From: a virus
Taxonomy: Duplodnaviria > Caudoviricetes
Length of the DNA stretch: 64,000 bases
Virus record (IMG/VR): IMGVR_UViG_2585427716_000002
Location: 1-64,000 of that record
Direction: 5' to 3' (one strand)
Position numbers and translations under genes: made by a program. Shown here in pieces: positions 46,365 to 56,085 of this stretch. Below the pieces are notes generated by a model. That model made no database searches and was not told the DNA's origin. It saw nothing but the letters and a program-made list of their open reading frames with translations. Position 1 is the first letter of the stretch; every line of letters begins with the position of its first letter.

Positions 46365-49300
46365 CTATCTAGTTTTCTTGTTGTCCCAATTATTCCACGC
46401 TGGGTAGTTCTTACCCATTAGCAGCCAAACCTTACCTTTTTTATTCAAGTCAGTTCCAGGATCTTTCCAAGGCGGTTCAGGAGGTAATAACCCAATACCT
46501 AAATCATCATCAATTTCTTCTACTGAATACTCCCTATTTGGTTTTTCTGAGAAAGTTTCTCTAGTTAACTCTAGGATAGCTAGACGGTCTTTTTGACCTT
46601 CATCCTCACCAGAGACAGAAATTAAGAATGATTTGGCTTTGTCTGTTACTTCGTCAACATTTATATGGATTTCCCCTGCGGATTCTCGTTTACTGTTTTC
46701 TTCATCCTCAATTGTAATACGGTATGATGAAGAACTATTTGCTGTGCTCTCCGTATCCATAGACATTATAGACGACCTACTCTTATCCGCTTCGTCATCT
46801 TCGTAAAGCTCTAAGATTCGTTCAGAGTTTTTCTCAGACTCTTCCTCTTCTGTAATACTTATTAACCGGCGGCTACCTTTTTCGACGATCTCATCTTTAT
46901 TTAATACACCATCATCAAATGTCTCAGACGATGTAAACAGAGAATGTTCTTCAACAAACGAGTCTAATTCCATACTAGGGTTAGCGTTATCTTGTACGAC
47001 TAGAGTTACTTCTGACTCTTTCTTTGAAACTGATAAACTAAAGTCTACCACTTCAATTTCCTCGTCTTTTGTTGTACCCGATCTATCAGTCCCTTCGACT
47101 ACAAGGTCTACTTTTTCACTCCCTCGTGTCCATCTGTCTTCTAATTCTAATGTAATGTCAGATGTGGATTCAGTTTTACCGTGATTAGGATTCATTATCA
47201 CAAAATCTAAATCCTTTTTAGTCTGACCTAGAGTGCCAAAGTCAAGGGTGAAGTCTTCTGTCCCCTCTAACTTGGATAACGTTAAGTGGTATTGATTGTA
47301 GAGGTCTACAACACCTTTCTTACCCTCTGCTTTTTTGTAGCTGTCTAAGGTGATGTCCGTGCAGTCTTGTATTGAAACAGCCTCCGGGGTAGGATCTAAT
47401 AAAGTTTCCTCGATTTCGTCTAAATAGCCGCTATCCAGCTCTTCATTGAAGACGTCTAAACTGCTTGCATGAGGGGCTCCAGTTTCATCCTTCTCCATGC
47501 TCGAAACTAAAGTTAGTTGGTTCACGGTACTTACATCGACTCCATCCACCTGCACATCTCCACCTGGTTTGGATGGTTCAGCTTCAACGGAAGATCTTAC
47601 TATCGTTTCCTTTGTCGTGCTTTGTTTTGAACCTCTCCCTGAACCCTCAATCACGGTAATGAGTACACTTTCTCCAGGGGACGGTATATCTTGAGACTCA
47701 GCAGCTACCTCAAATTCCGTGTAGCCCAGTATTGCATTTTTGGCGTTTTCAACAAGAACATCGCTACCACCCTTAGTTTCCGCTAAAAGTTGTCTACCTA
47801 TTTGTGCTTCATCTGAGTATCTTTTTAAGTAAAGTTGATCTTGACTCTCAAGCTCAACCCAAAAATCGGACAGTCGGTTATTGAGAGAATCTACCTCAAA
47901 CAGCGAAGTATCAAGTACATTGTTCGAGACTAAACTCACCTCTATATCGGTGGTGAAGGTATCCTGAGAGTCTTCAACGGCATACGCAGAGGTTTGCGAG
48001 AACAGAGGTGCTTCCGACATGGTCTCCGATTCTTCACTTTTTTCTCTATGTTGAATAACAACGTCGACAGATGATTCTCTCTTATTATGTGTACTCCACC
48101 CATTCAGCTCACTTTCGAGGTACTGTTCGTCTACTACAGATGACAAACCCGACTCAATTTCTATCCCACAATAACTATCAGCAGCATAGCTGGAGTTAAG
48201 CTCTAATGTCCCCCAATCAAACACCCTTGTTTGAGGAAAGGCCTTTTCCTCTGCGGTTACTTCACTTGCGTGTTCTTCAACCGTATATTCCACTAACGAA
48301 CCGTATTCAATTTTACTTTCCTTTTCTAAAGCTCCATTAAAATTCTCACCTTGGTCGATAAGAACTTCGTTTTCCCTACTTGCCGCTTCCCCTATAATCC
48401 CTGACTCAAGTGACCCATCACCAGAATAGTTTTGACTCATGCGCTCAGAGGATTCAATCGTTACATCAAACGGGTTTGTTGAGTCTCCTGCCTCTCTGGT
48501 ATACAGCTCCACATCTTGAAAATTATCCGTAAGCTCTGTATATTCTGCTTCTAAGACTACTCCGGTCGTTACTTTATTTTCTCCTCTACTTCCAGTGAGA
48601 ATCTCACCTTTATTGGCATGGTTTCCACTCATCGAATAAGCGCCTTCTATTGAACCCGCCCTTTTAGGTTGGATTTTATCTAATGCCCCACCACTACCCA
48701 ATGAGATGTTTTTATATTCAAAGCTCTTCGATATGTTCGAGCTATTGGACTGCTGTATAGGAGCCGAAGAGTTCTCCAACTTTGTCGACCTTTGCTCACT
48801 CCACAAAACCTGAGTTGTCGCTTGTGACTCACTCAAGTCTTTTGGTTGACCTGTGTAGTTGACTACATTAACATCTAAATCCTCAGTGTAAAGCCTCTGA
48901 CTTTGCTTCACTAAACTTGATTGTTGTTGCTCTGATTCTCCCAAACCATAGGTCATTCCTATTGGCGTGGTGAATGTTTCATTGAATCTCGCAACTTTAA
49001 CAAGGTCGGAGAAAGAACTTTTATCCTCAAAGGCCAATAGGGGTGAAATCCTTGAATTAACCACTTCACTCACACTACTTGGAATTATAGGCATGGCCTT
49101 GGCCCCTCCCTTTAACTCCTGTATCTCCGATTGATAGAGAATCCCCCTTGAGTCGGCCATATTCAGATCAATTATTTCAGATTTCTCAACCCCCTTTGCA
49201 GTCTCCGTCTTTATGGTATTAAATCTTGCCCCAGCATTGTAACTGGCCTCTAGGTTACTACTGTATAACCGGTGAGTAATCGCCTCCATTCTAGCAACGA

Positions 49301-49991
49301 CAAGTACAGTTTTTTCTGTATCTGCCTGAACTTCACCAACCCTTACCACAAGTAGATCGTTTACTTCTTGGGGCTTATCTCCAGTAAACACTGATACTCC
49401 AGTGTCAGGTGACTGATCAATGCCGTAAAAGGGCATTGGACTGAACCCCTTCAAATCCGACGGTAATCTTGCTTCCAAGTTAAATTTAAGATAGTCAAGT
49501 ATATCCTGTTCAATTATCTGACCGTTACCTTGTTTAACACCTTCCGTCTGTAGGCCCATTAAGGAAGTTTGTTTTATGTTCTTCGCAGCTGCCTGGTCTG
49601 CGAGTAATGCATATTTCTCATTAAGAGGATGGCTGACCTCCTGCTTAAATAAAGAACCTTCGTGGGAGGTTTTGGCTCCCTTTTCGATTTCACTGTCGGT
49701 ATCTGCTATAGAGTATGCGTTCCCAAGTTTCAGTATTGCAGGCTGAGACCCTTCAATTACACTTTCCGTTTCAACGCTAACTGCGGATTCAATATTTACC
49801 TTTCGTTTCACTTTAGTACCTAGCTTGATGTCCCTCGCCACCCAAGCGCTATACCTATTCCAAGGTTCGAAAGATACAGGTACTTGGTTAGTATTGGGGA
49901 TGTTTTCGTGGCGGTTAAACATCAGTACATAACCCTTTTTAGTATAAAAAAGGGCAGTGAAACTGAGTAAATAGCGCTTGCTTTTACTCAT
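46365..49991 (-). CDS. Very large acidic Ser/Glu-rich low-complexity protein
   Basis: ~1200 aa ORF, RBS AAAGGTGG. Confidence 0.7.
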   Translation of the reverse strand: MSKSKRYLLSFTALFYTKKGYVLMFNRHENIPNTNQVPVSFEPWNRYSAWVARDIKLGTKVKRKVNIESAVSVETESVIEGSQPAILKLGNAYSIADTDSEIEKGAKTSHEGSLFKQEVSHPLNEKYALLADQAAAKNIKQTSLMGLQTEGVKQGNGQIIEQDILDYLKFNLEARLPSDLKGFSPMPFYGIDQSPDTGVSVFTGDKPQEVNDLLVVRVGEVQADTEKTVLVVARMEAITHRLYSSNLEASYNAGARFNTIKTETAKGVEKSEIIDLNMADSRGILYQSEIQELKGGAKAMPIIPSSVSEVVNSRISPLLAFEDKSSFSDLVKVARFNETFTTPIGMTYGLGESEQQQSSLVKQSQRLYTEDLDVNVVNYTGQPKDLSESQATTQVLWSEQRSTKLENSSAPIQQSNSSNISKSFEYKNISLGSGGALDKIQPKRAGSIEGAYSMSGNHANKGEILTGSRGENKVTTGVVLEAEYTELTDNFQDVELYTREAGDSTNPFDVTIESSERMSQNYSGDGSLESGIIGEAASRENEVLIDQGENFNGALEKESKIEYGSLVEYTVEEHASEVTAEEKAFPQTRVFDWGTLELNSSYAADSYCGIEIESGLSSVVDEQYLESELNGWSTHNKRESSVDVVIQHREKSEESETMSEAPLFSQTSAYAVEDSQDTFTTDIEVSLVSNNVLDTSLFEVDSLNNRLSDFWVELESQDQLYLKRYSDEAQIGRQLLAETKGGSDVLVENAKNAILGYTEFEVAAESQDIPSPGESVLITVIEGSGRGSKQSTTKETIVRSSVEAEPSKPGGDVQVDGVDVSTVNQLTLVSSMEKDETGAPHASSLDVFNEELDSGYLDEIEETLLDPTPEAVSIQDCTDITLDSYKKAEGKKGVVDLYNQYHLTLSKLEGTEDFTLDFGTLGQTKKDLDFVIMNPNHGKTESTSDITLELEDRWTRGSEKVDLVVEGTDRSGTTKDEEIEVVDFSLSVSKKESEVTLVVQDNANPSMELDSFVEEHSLFTSSETFDDGVLNKDEIVEKGSRRLISITEEEESEKNSERILELYEDDEADKSRSSIMSMDTESTANSSSSYRITIEDEENSKRESAGEIHINVDEVTDKAKSFLISVSGEDEGQKDRLAILELTRETFSEKPNREYSVEEIDDDLGIGLLPPEPPWKDPGTDLNKKGKVWLLMGKNYPAWNNWDNKKTR

Positions 49992-50071
49992 TGTCCACCA
50001 CCCACCTTTCCAAAGAATATCCCTTGCCTCCACACTAGTGGTCGAAGCAAACGTTTATTCTGTTGAGGTTA

Positions 50072-51961
50072 TTATAAATTTTCTTTCAAAAACCCAAGCC
50101 CAATCGGTGCATAAGGAGTCATATTTGCCAACAGAAACGGCGTTCTTGGGGTATCTGCTAAGGTGTACCGATAAGTCTGTTCGTAGTCATAGTCCATAAT
50201 GACTTCAATGCCGTCAATCGGCGCTGCCCCTAGAATTAGTTTTTTATTAGACCCGTCTACTGTAAACTTTCCTTCCTCGGGAGGGGTGCTAGGATCAAAC
50301 TCTACATATTCAGCTTGAGTCAGGGTTGTACATCCTGTGTCACTGACAAGACGAATCTCAATGTCACCATCTATTACTGGTTTATGGAATAGATGAAATT
50401 CCTTAGTGAATCCGTCACCTGTACCAACGTGCTCACTGTTCGATGTCTCTTTAACCTCTAACTCATCGAGCTGAGCGATATTCTTAGGATGGATAGCGTA
50501 AACTTCATCTAACCTTCCGACATACCCGTCAGCTGGATGGACAATATACATCGGTGAAATATGGTACTTACCTGAGTATACCGATGGGTTAAATCTAGAT
50601 TCGTTACTTGGGTCAACGTCAGCGTCATGTGTAATAAATGCGAGATAGTGTTTTTGATACATTGCCCCGCCTACCGTACGTTGCACCATGACTGAGCTGT
50701 TTCCATTAGATGTATTGACTCCGTAATCCACTTTATTTCTCCCGATCTTCAACCCTGAGCTGTACCCTATTTCATCTTCGGATCTCGCTCCTCCAATAAG
50801 CACATTATTTAGTCTAGGGGTCTTCCCAATTGTAGAGAGACGGCCAATATACAACGGTGCAAAGTAAGTGCTCTCAGGATCAGGGGCAGGGTCCAATCTA
50901 AAGTAAGACACGATACGGTCTTTTGTGATATTTCCCCAAAAATAAACTTGAGAGTCACGTCCCCACCCTAATCCCATCTCTTCCTGGGGGATGAAGGAAA
51001 CTGCTGTTGGTACAGATGGATAAATAAAACGAACTGCATTATAAGCGGCACCCATCAATTCCGTCGGTACTGATGGGTTGAAAGGCAATACCTCTATGTC
51101 ACCATAGCTACCGTTAGAATCTTTAATCGCTTCGATTTCATAATCGGCGTATAAAGCTAAAGGTTCTGTCCCCTCATTAAATGTTACAGTGCCCTCATCA
51201 TGGTTGACCGTATAATCAGCAGGATCGATAGGATCGGTACCATCGACGGTTTCATAAAATTTGTAAGAGTTTTCCCTGATTCGCTGGTTACCGGGTAGGA
51301 TTTTAAATCTGAAAACTCTTTCCGCTTCGTCCAACAGTTCAGCTTGATTCGGGTTTTCTGATCGAAGTATCAACTTAGTTGGGATAAATCCCTCAAAAGT
51401 AAAAAACCACAATCGTTTAACAACGTCAGGAGCATTGTCAGTCAGTGCGTATGTAGCTCTAAGTACGCCCGACTGACTTTCCTCAAAGGTTATTGTCCCT
51501 TTTTCCCCATCTACAATGTACGGAGTCTCGGTAGGTTTCACCATCTCCCCACCCTCTCGGTACACGATGACACTTGATGGGACTATCGGTTTAACCTTGA
51601 CTTCAAAAACTGTATTTAGTTTTGTTGCCCCATTTGGCGTAACGTCCTTTAACTCTCCTAGAAACGTGTCTTTTGAGATAACCGGCTCTTCTCCAAACGG
51701 GGTTACTTTTCCTCCGTACCCCGTTGTAAAGCCAAAGTACCGGTGTTGGTTATCACTCCCCTGCGATTCAAACAGGTATGTCTCAGCAAAAGTTTTACGG
51801 TATGGGTCCTTGACTCCGTTTTTATCAGTTAACTGGGCAAATGATCGGTATTTACCTAGGGTACTCCACCCTCCCGCATTAAATAGCGCCTCTAAATCAG
51901 TCGGAAGCAACTGCACCGATAGATCAATATCAAAGAACCCATCTACATTAATTTTCGACAT
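50072..51961 (-). CDS. Virion protein, divergent member of the paralog family
   Basis: SNGNSSV..GAMYQKHYL..FNPSVYSGKYH..VHP.DG..G.L...P.GLG. Confidence 0.7.
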   Translation of the reverse strand: MSKINVDGFFDIDLSVQLLPTDLEALFNAGGWSTLGKYRSFAQLTDKNGVKDPYRKTFAETYLFESQGSDNQHRYFGFTTGYGGKVTPFGEEPVISKDTFLGELKDVTPNGATKLNTVFEVKVKPIVPSSVIVYREGGEMVKPTETPYIVDGEKGTITFEESQSGVLRATYALTDNAPDVVKRLWFFTFEGFIPTKLILRSENPNQAELLDEAERVFRFKILPGNQRIRENSYKFYETVDGTDPIDPADYTVNHDEGTVTFNEGTEPLALYADYEIEAIKDSNGSYGDIEVLPFNPSVPTELMGAAYNAVRFIYPSVPTAVSFIPQEEMGLGWGRDSQVYFWGNITKDRIVSYFRLDPAPDPESTYFAPLYIGRLSTIGKTPRLNNVLIGGARSEDEIGYSSGLKIGRNKVDYGVNTSNGNSSVMVQRTVGGAMYQKHYLAFITHDADVDPSNESRFNPSVYSGKYHISPMYIVHPADGYVGRLDEVYAIHPKNIAQLDELEVKETSNSEHVGTGDGFTKEFHLFHKPVIDGDIEIRLVSDTGCTTLTQAEYVEFDPSTPPEEGKFTVDGSNKKLILGAAPIDGIEVIMDYDYEQTYRYTLADTPRTPFLLANMTPYAPIGLGFLKENL

Positions 51962-51983
51962 TCTTAATCACCTCTTTTTGTTG

Positions 51984-54119
51984 TTAAGCAACTGTCACTG
52001 TCGGTGCTACTACACCCACTGACTCATTGCCAGCAAGGTCTACGGTTGTAATTTTTATTTCAGGGGAAAATCCCGTGGTCAAACCTGTTAACCTATACTG
52101 ATTCGTACCTGTTATGCCTTTCGCATATAGAGATCCGTCCACATAAATGTTGATATAACTCAAGTCTGCGTCAGTTGGTAATGTGTACGCTAAGTCGATT
52201 GTTTGAGCCTGGGGGCTACTTGTATTAGTAATAACTACTTCATCTGGAGGTGTCACATCGTTTTCAATATCGTGAGGTACTGCGTTAGGGTTGAAATCCT
52301 CTGCGTATATCCCTAATCCGACAGGACGGAACGGTGTGGCAGGAACTTTTGTCAATGGAGAGACAGCTCCAATACTCAAATACCTATACATTTCGTAAAC
52401 TTTTTCAGGGCAATCAGTCTTTCTGACTCGCAAATTGGCTGCGTTGACACTTTGCGCATTGAAACCAATGGCCTTGTCTAGATACCCACGAATACCTTCT
52501 TCGGGATGAACTACAGCGATCCTAGAAGAATGAATTTTACTTGAGTACCTAGAAGCATTGAACTGGTACTTATAGTTTTTAGTGTTTTCCATAGACTCGT
52601 AAGCTCTAGGGTACTTTTTGTTTCGATCCGTCATCTTTGTAGGAGGTAGCTGATTAGGTGGAGCACTCCATGATAAGTAATGTGCTTGGTAACGGGCACC
52701 AAAACGAGAACGAGATACCATAACAGAATCAACACCATTTGAAGGATGGTGCGGGTAAAGTTTCAACAAAGGTTGTATCGTTTCACCAACCTTTGACCCT
52801 GGATCATCAAAATCGAAAGTTGAGACAATCGTTTCGTTGTCCGCATTTTGACTATTCGTGGTCAGCCTTTGAACAAGAGTGTTTTTAGTATCGATTGCAC
52901 GTGCTGTGGTACCTTGTTGCGCTCTCTCAACAAGTAGTAGGTTACCAGATTTTTGAAGTAGCTTTACAATTTCTCCAGTGCCTTTATTTCCTATAATCAA
53001 GTACGTTGGTGCTTCGGGTAACTTTTCACCATCATTTACTAGAATCTGAGTTGCTTCTGATGTAATGTCTCTAGCTAAAGAAGTGGCCTCATTTGCAGAA
53101 GTAACTTTACTAGCAGGTGGGACAGTTCCTCCAAATAATGCGTATCCTTCGTCACCGTCCCCGTCAGTAGAATTTACCCTACCGAAATAAAGAGGGATGG
53201 TGGGGACTAAGTTACTCTCCCACGCAGGTGCGTTATCCGCTTGCAAGATGAGAAAAATTGTTCTGCTGTCCACATACCCCCGAACCCTAATCTCTGAATC
53301 TGTCCACCAGTTCGTGTGCCAAATCGGATTGTTTATATGCTCTAGGAATTGTGCTCTCAAGGTCGTCTTGACCATAGGTGACTGCATAACACGAGGGTCC
53401 GCTTTTGTAATTGCAAGCTCTCTCGAAGATGATTCAGGTACCCTAGAAAATTCGGTACCAAACACCTCGATATCTAAAGCAGATCGGATAACATGGTAAG
53501 GAGACGCTGATGTATAATGGCCGTCAAACTCCATGTCTGATCCTTCCGGGTCATTTACGCTATCTTCACTTGAATACCCGTACCACCACTCATACCAATT
53601 AATTCGATCATTGTCCCGGGATAAATTGTACGCAGTTCCTCCCATACCAGGGGCAGTGATGATGGATACGACATTATCGTTAGAAGCATAATTAGAGTTT
53701 GGTAACTTCTCAAGCATATAAAAATATAGGTTGGTTTTACTGGACGCCTCTGCAAATTTCTGTTTGACCCACTCTTCCCAAGAAGGTGTTCTACCAAAGT
53801 TCGAGTCCTTAGGATCTTGTTCATCATTTATCCGTCTGATTGGATCTGTTTTATCAGTCAAGTAGGATAAATAAAACTGAGCTACTGTCGCAAAACCGAG
53901 CAACTTACCGTCAGCATTCTTAAAAATGTCATGTTTTGCAATGGCATAGTTTGCTTTGCTAGTGCCTGAGACATAAGCTCGGGCGTCTACTACAGCTTTA
54001 TAAAAAGACCTGGCTTTGACCCACCCATTTTCAGTAAGCATTTTACCGAAAACATCCTGTAAATTGTCTTCCTCGAATTTTAAAAGAGATTCCTTCGGGG
54101 TCGAGTCAATATACGGCAT
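51984..54119 (-). CDS. Virion protein, paralog family, C-terminal FN3
   Basis: MQSP, TNWWTDS, HPSNGVDSV, GARYQAHYLSW, SRYS.K.HSS, SPLTK.PAT.FRP.GLG; DLAGNES. Confidence 0.75.
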   Translation of the reverse strand: MPYIDSTPKESLLKFEEDNLQDVFGKMLTENGWVKARSFYKAVVDARAYVSGTSKANYAIAKHDIFKNADGKLLGFATVAQFYLSYLTDKTDPIRRINDEQDPKDSNFGRTPSWEEWVKQKFAEASSKTNLYFYMLEKLPNSNYASNDNVVSIITAPGMGGTAYNLSRDNDRINWYEWWYGYSSEDSVNDPEGSDMEFDGHYTSASPYHVIRSALDIEVFGTEFSRVPESSSRELAITKADPRVMQSPMVKTTLRAQFLEHINNPIWHTNWWTDSEIRVRGYVDSRTIFLILQADNAPAWESNLVPTIPLYFGRVNSTDGDGDEGYALFGGTVPPASKVTSANEATSLARDITSEATQILVNDGEKLPEAPTYLIIGNKGTGEIVKLLQKSGNLLLVERAQQGTTARAIDTKNTLVQRLTTNSQNADNETIVSTFDFDDPGSKVGETIQPLLKLYPHHPSNGVDSVMVSRSRFGARYQAHYLSWSAPPNQLPPTKMTDRNKKYPRAYESMENTKNYKYQFNASRYSSKIHSSRIAVVHPEEGIRGYLDKAIGFNAQSVNAANLRVRKTDCPEKVYEMYRYLSIGAVSPLTKVPATPFRPVGLGIYAEDFNPNAVPHDIENDVTPPDEVVITNTSSPQAQTIDLAYTLPTDADLSYINIYVDGSLYAKGITGTNQYRLTGLTTGFSPEIKITTVDLAGNESVGVVAPTVTVA

Positions 54120-54239
54120 TAACTTCACCTTCTCTTCTAATTATTAGAATGCTAGAGGCATTAAAATTGAGGTACCTCTAGCACTACAGGTAAACCTATT
54201 ATAGGAAACACCTGTCTAGATATAACCATTGGTTGTCTG

Positions 54240-55925
54240 CTATGAGACATCGCCGGTGACTTCGCTACCTGTTGATTTATTCCCTGAGTAATCTACAGAA
54301 ACAACTTTAAAAGTAACTTCTCCTGCATTTAACCCCTTGAAGACGTATTCAGTAACACCTGTGACGCCCTCTACGTACTTCTCACCGTTAAGGAGTATCT
54401 CTACCCCTGCTAAATCGGTATCGCTAGGGTCAACCCACGACAATTTAACTTGACCCGGCTGAGGATTGCTCAGTTTAAGCTCGTTGACGTTTCCAGGAGC
54501 CTCTTCGTCTGTGGGATTAGGTCTAACCTTCCCATTCTGATTTAATCCTTCTTTATAAATCCCCAAACCCATAGGCCGGAAGTGAGTTGCTGGTCTTTTT
54601 GTCAGTGGGGATACTGCGCTTATAGAGACACACTGGTACACGTCGTACACTGTCTCAGATGAACCGTCTCTTAGGATACGTAGTTCACTAGAATTTAGGT
54701 TTGTTGCATTTAATCCAACTGCTTTACTTAGATGTCCTCGCAGCCCTTCTTCGGGATGGATAAGGTAAATGTGAGATGTTTGAACCTTTCCCGAATATCT
54801 AGAAGGATTGAATTGGTATCCGTTTCTTCCCCATGCACGTGGGTAATCTTTCAAATCATCAGAGTTTCCGTTATCTCTGGTTGGAGGCATGTCTTGAGCC
54901 GCCGTACTCCATGAAAGGAAGTAGCTTTGGTACCTTGCCCCTAACTTGGTTCTGTTTATAATGACAGAATCTATCCCATTTGACGGGTTTGACGGATACT
55001 TTTTAAGCACGGGCATTATACGTTTCCCGCCTTCTAACGTAATATCGTCAAAATCATAGTGGGATACCTCGGTAGACGAAGAACCCATCGGCACTGTCCC
55101 TGCAAACATCGCAACTGCTGGATCTCCTTCATCCACTGCTTCAATGTCACCAAAGTAGAAAGGTACAGATGGAACAACATTGTCCTCCCACATCGGCGTT
55201 ACATCGGCCTGTAGAATCAAAAACATGCTCTTGCTATCCAAGTGGCCCCTAATACTTATCTCAGAATCTCCCCACCAATTAGTGTCCATATAAGGAAACT
55301 CAAGATTCTCTAAAAACTTTGCACGAAGAGAAGACTCTACAATAGGGGATTGCATGACTAAAGGATCAGCGGACTTCACAAACTCTGACCCAGCATTTGT
55401 CGACTTAAAATCTATACTTGTAACCTCTACGTCGAGCGCCATCCTTAACCGTTTCTCACCTTCTGATTCAGTTCCCCAAGGGGTGAATACGTTACTCCCT
55501 TCTTTAATGTTAGGTACCCTATCTAACATATAGAAATAAAGGGTGGTTTCTTCTTTGCGTTTGTAGAATTCTCTTGACATGTAGGCTGTTAGGGCTTCTT
55601 TTTCTGAGTCAGTTGAATTAAAGACATTGTAATACGGGAATCCATTGGCATGGTCTGTATAGTCTCCCCAGTCAGCGACTACAGCTAACCCTAACAAGTC
55701 TCCTCTAGCATTCCTTAGAATGACATGATTGGCTACTAGGAATCTGTCATCATGGCGACCTGCTACGTCATGCTCTGTTACAAAATGGACGGATGTAACC
55801 ATTTTTTTAAACTCTAACGCCTTAGTCCAACCATGCTTTAGCAGCAGGTCTTTGAAGCCCTTTTGTAACTCCCCTTCTCGAATTTTGTAGGGGGAGAGAG
55901 CAGGAGCGTTATCGATATAAGGCAT
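54240..55925 (-). CDS. Virion protein, paralog family, C-terminal FN3
   Basis: Same motif series; LSWVDPSD..VDYSGNKS. Confidence 0.75.
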   Translation of the reverse strand: MPYIDNAPALSPYKIREGELQKGFKDLLLKHGWTKALEFKKMVTSVHFVTEHDVAGRHDDRFLVANHVILRNARGDLLGLAVVADWGDYTDHANGFPYYNVFNSTDSEKEALTAYMSREFYKRKEETTLYFYMLDRVPNIKEGSNVFTPWGTESEGEKRLRMALDVEVTSIDFKSTNAGSEFVKSADPLVMQSPIVESSLRAKFLENLEFPYMDTNWWGDSEISIRGHLDSKSMFLILQADVTPMWEDNVVPSVPFYFGDIEAVDEGDPAVAMFAGTVPMGSSSTEVSHYDFDDITLEGGKRIMPVLKKYPSNPSNGIDSVIINRTKLGARYQSYFLSWSTAAQDMPPTRDNGNSDDLKDYPRAWGRNGYQFNPSRYSGKVQTSHIYLIHPEEGLRGHLSKAVGLNATNLNSSELRILRDGSSETVYDVYQCVSISAVSPLTKRPATHFRPMGLGIYKEGLNQNGKVRPNPTDEEAPGNVNELKLSNPQPGQVKLSWVDPSDTDLAGVEILLNGEKYVEGVTGVTEYVFKGLNAGEVTFKVVSVDYSGNKSTGSEVTGDVS

Positions 55926-55999
55926 ACACACACCTACTTTCAGTAATTTTTGTAATACATAAAGGGCGAGGAAGTTGTGTCCTCGCCCCCTTTCACCAA

Positions 56000-56031
56000 T
56001 ATTTATCGTTATGGACTAACCCCGAGTTGCG
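56000..56031 (-). promoter_or_regulatory. Phage-specific promoter, class 1
   Basis: Minus strand CGCAACT-N16-CGATAAATA. Confidence 0.75.
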
Positions 56032-56085
56032 AGCAACTTCCTCAATCATTATAGTTTCCATAAGGAACTGTTTAACGACTGCTCG

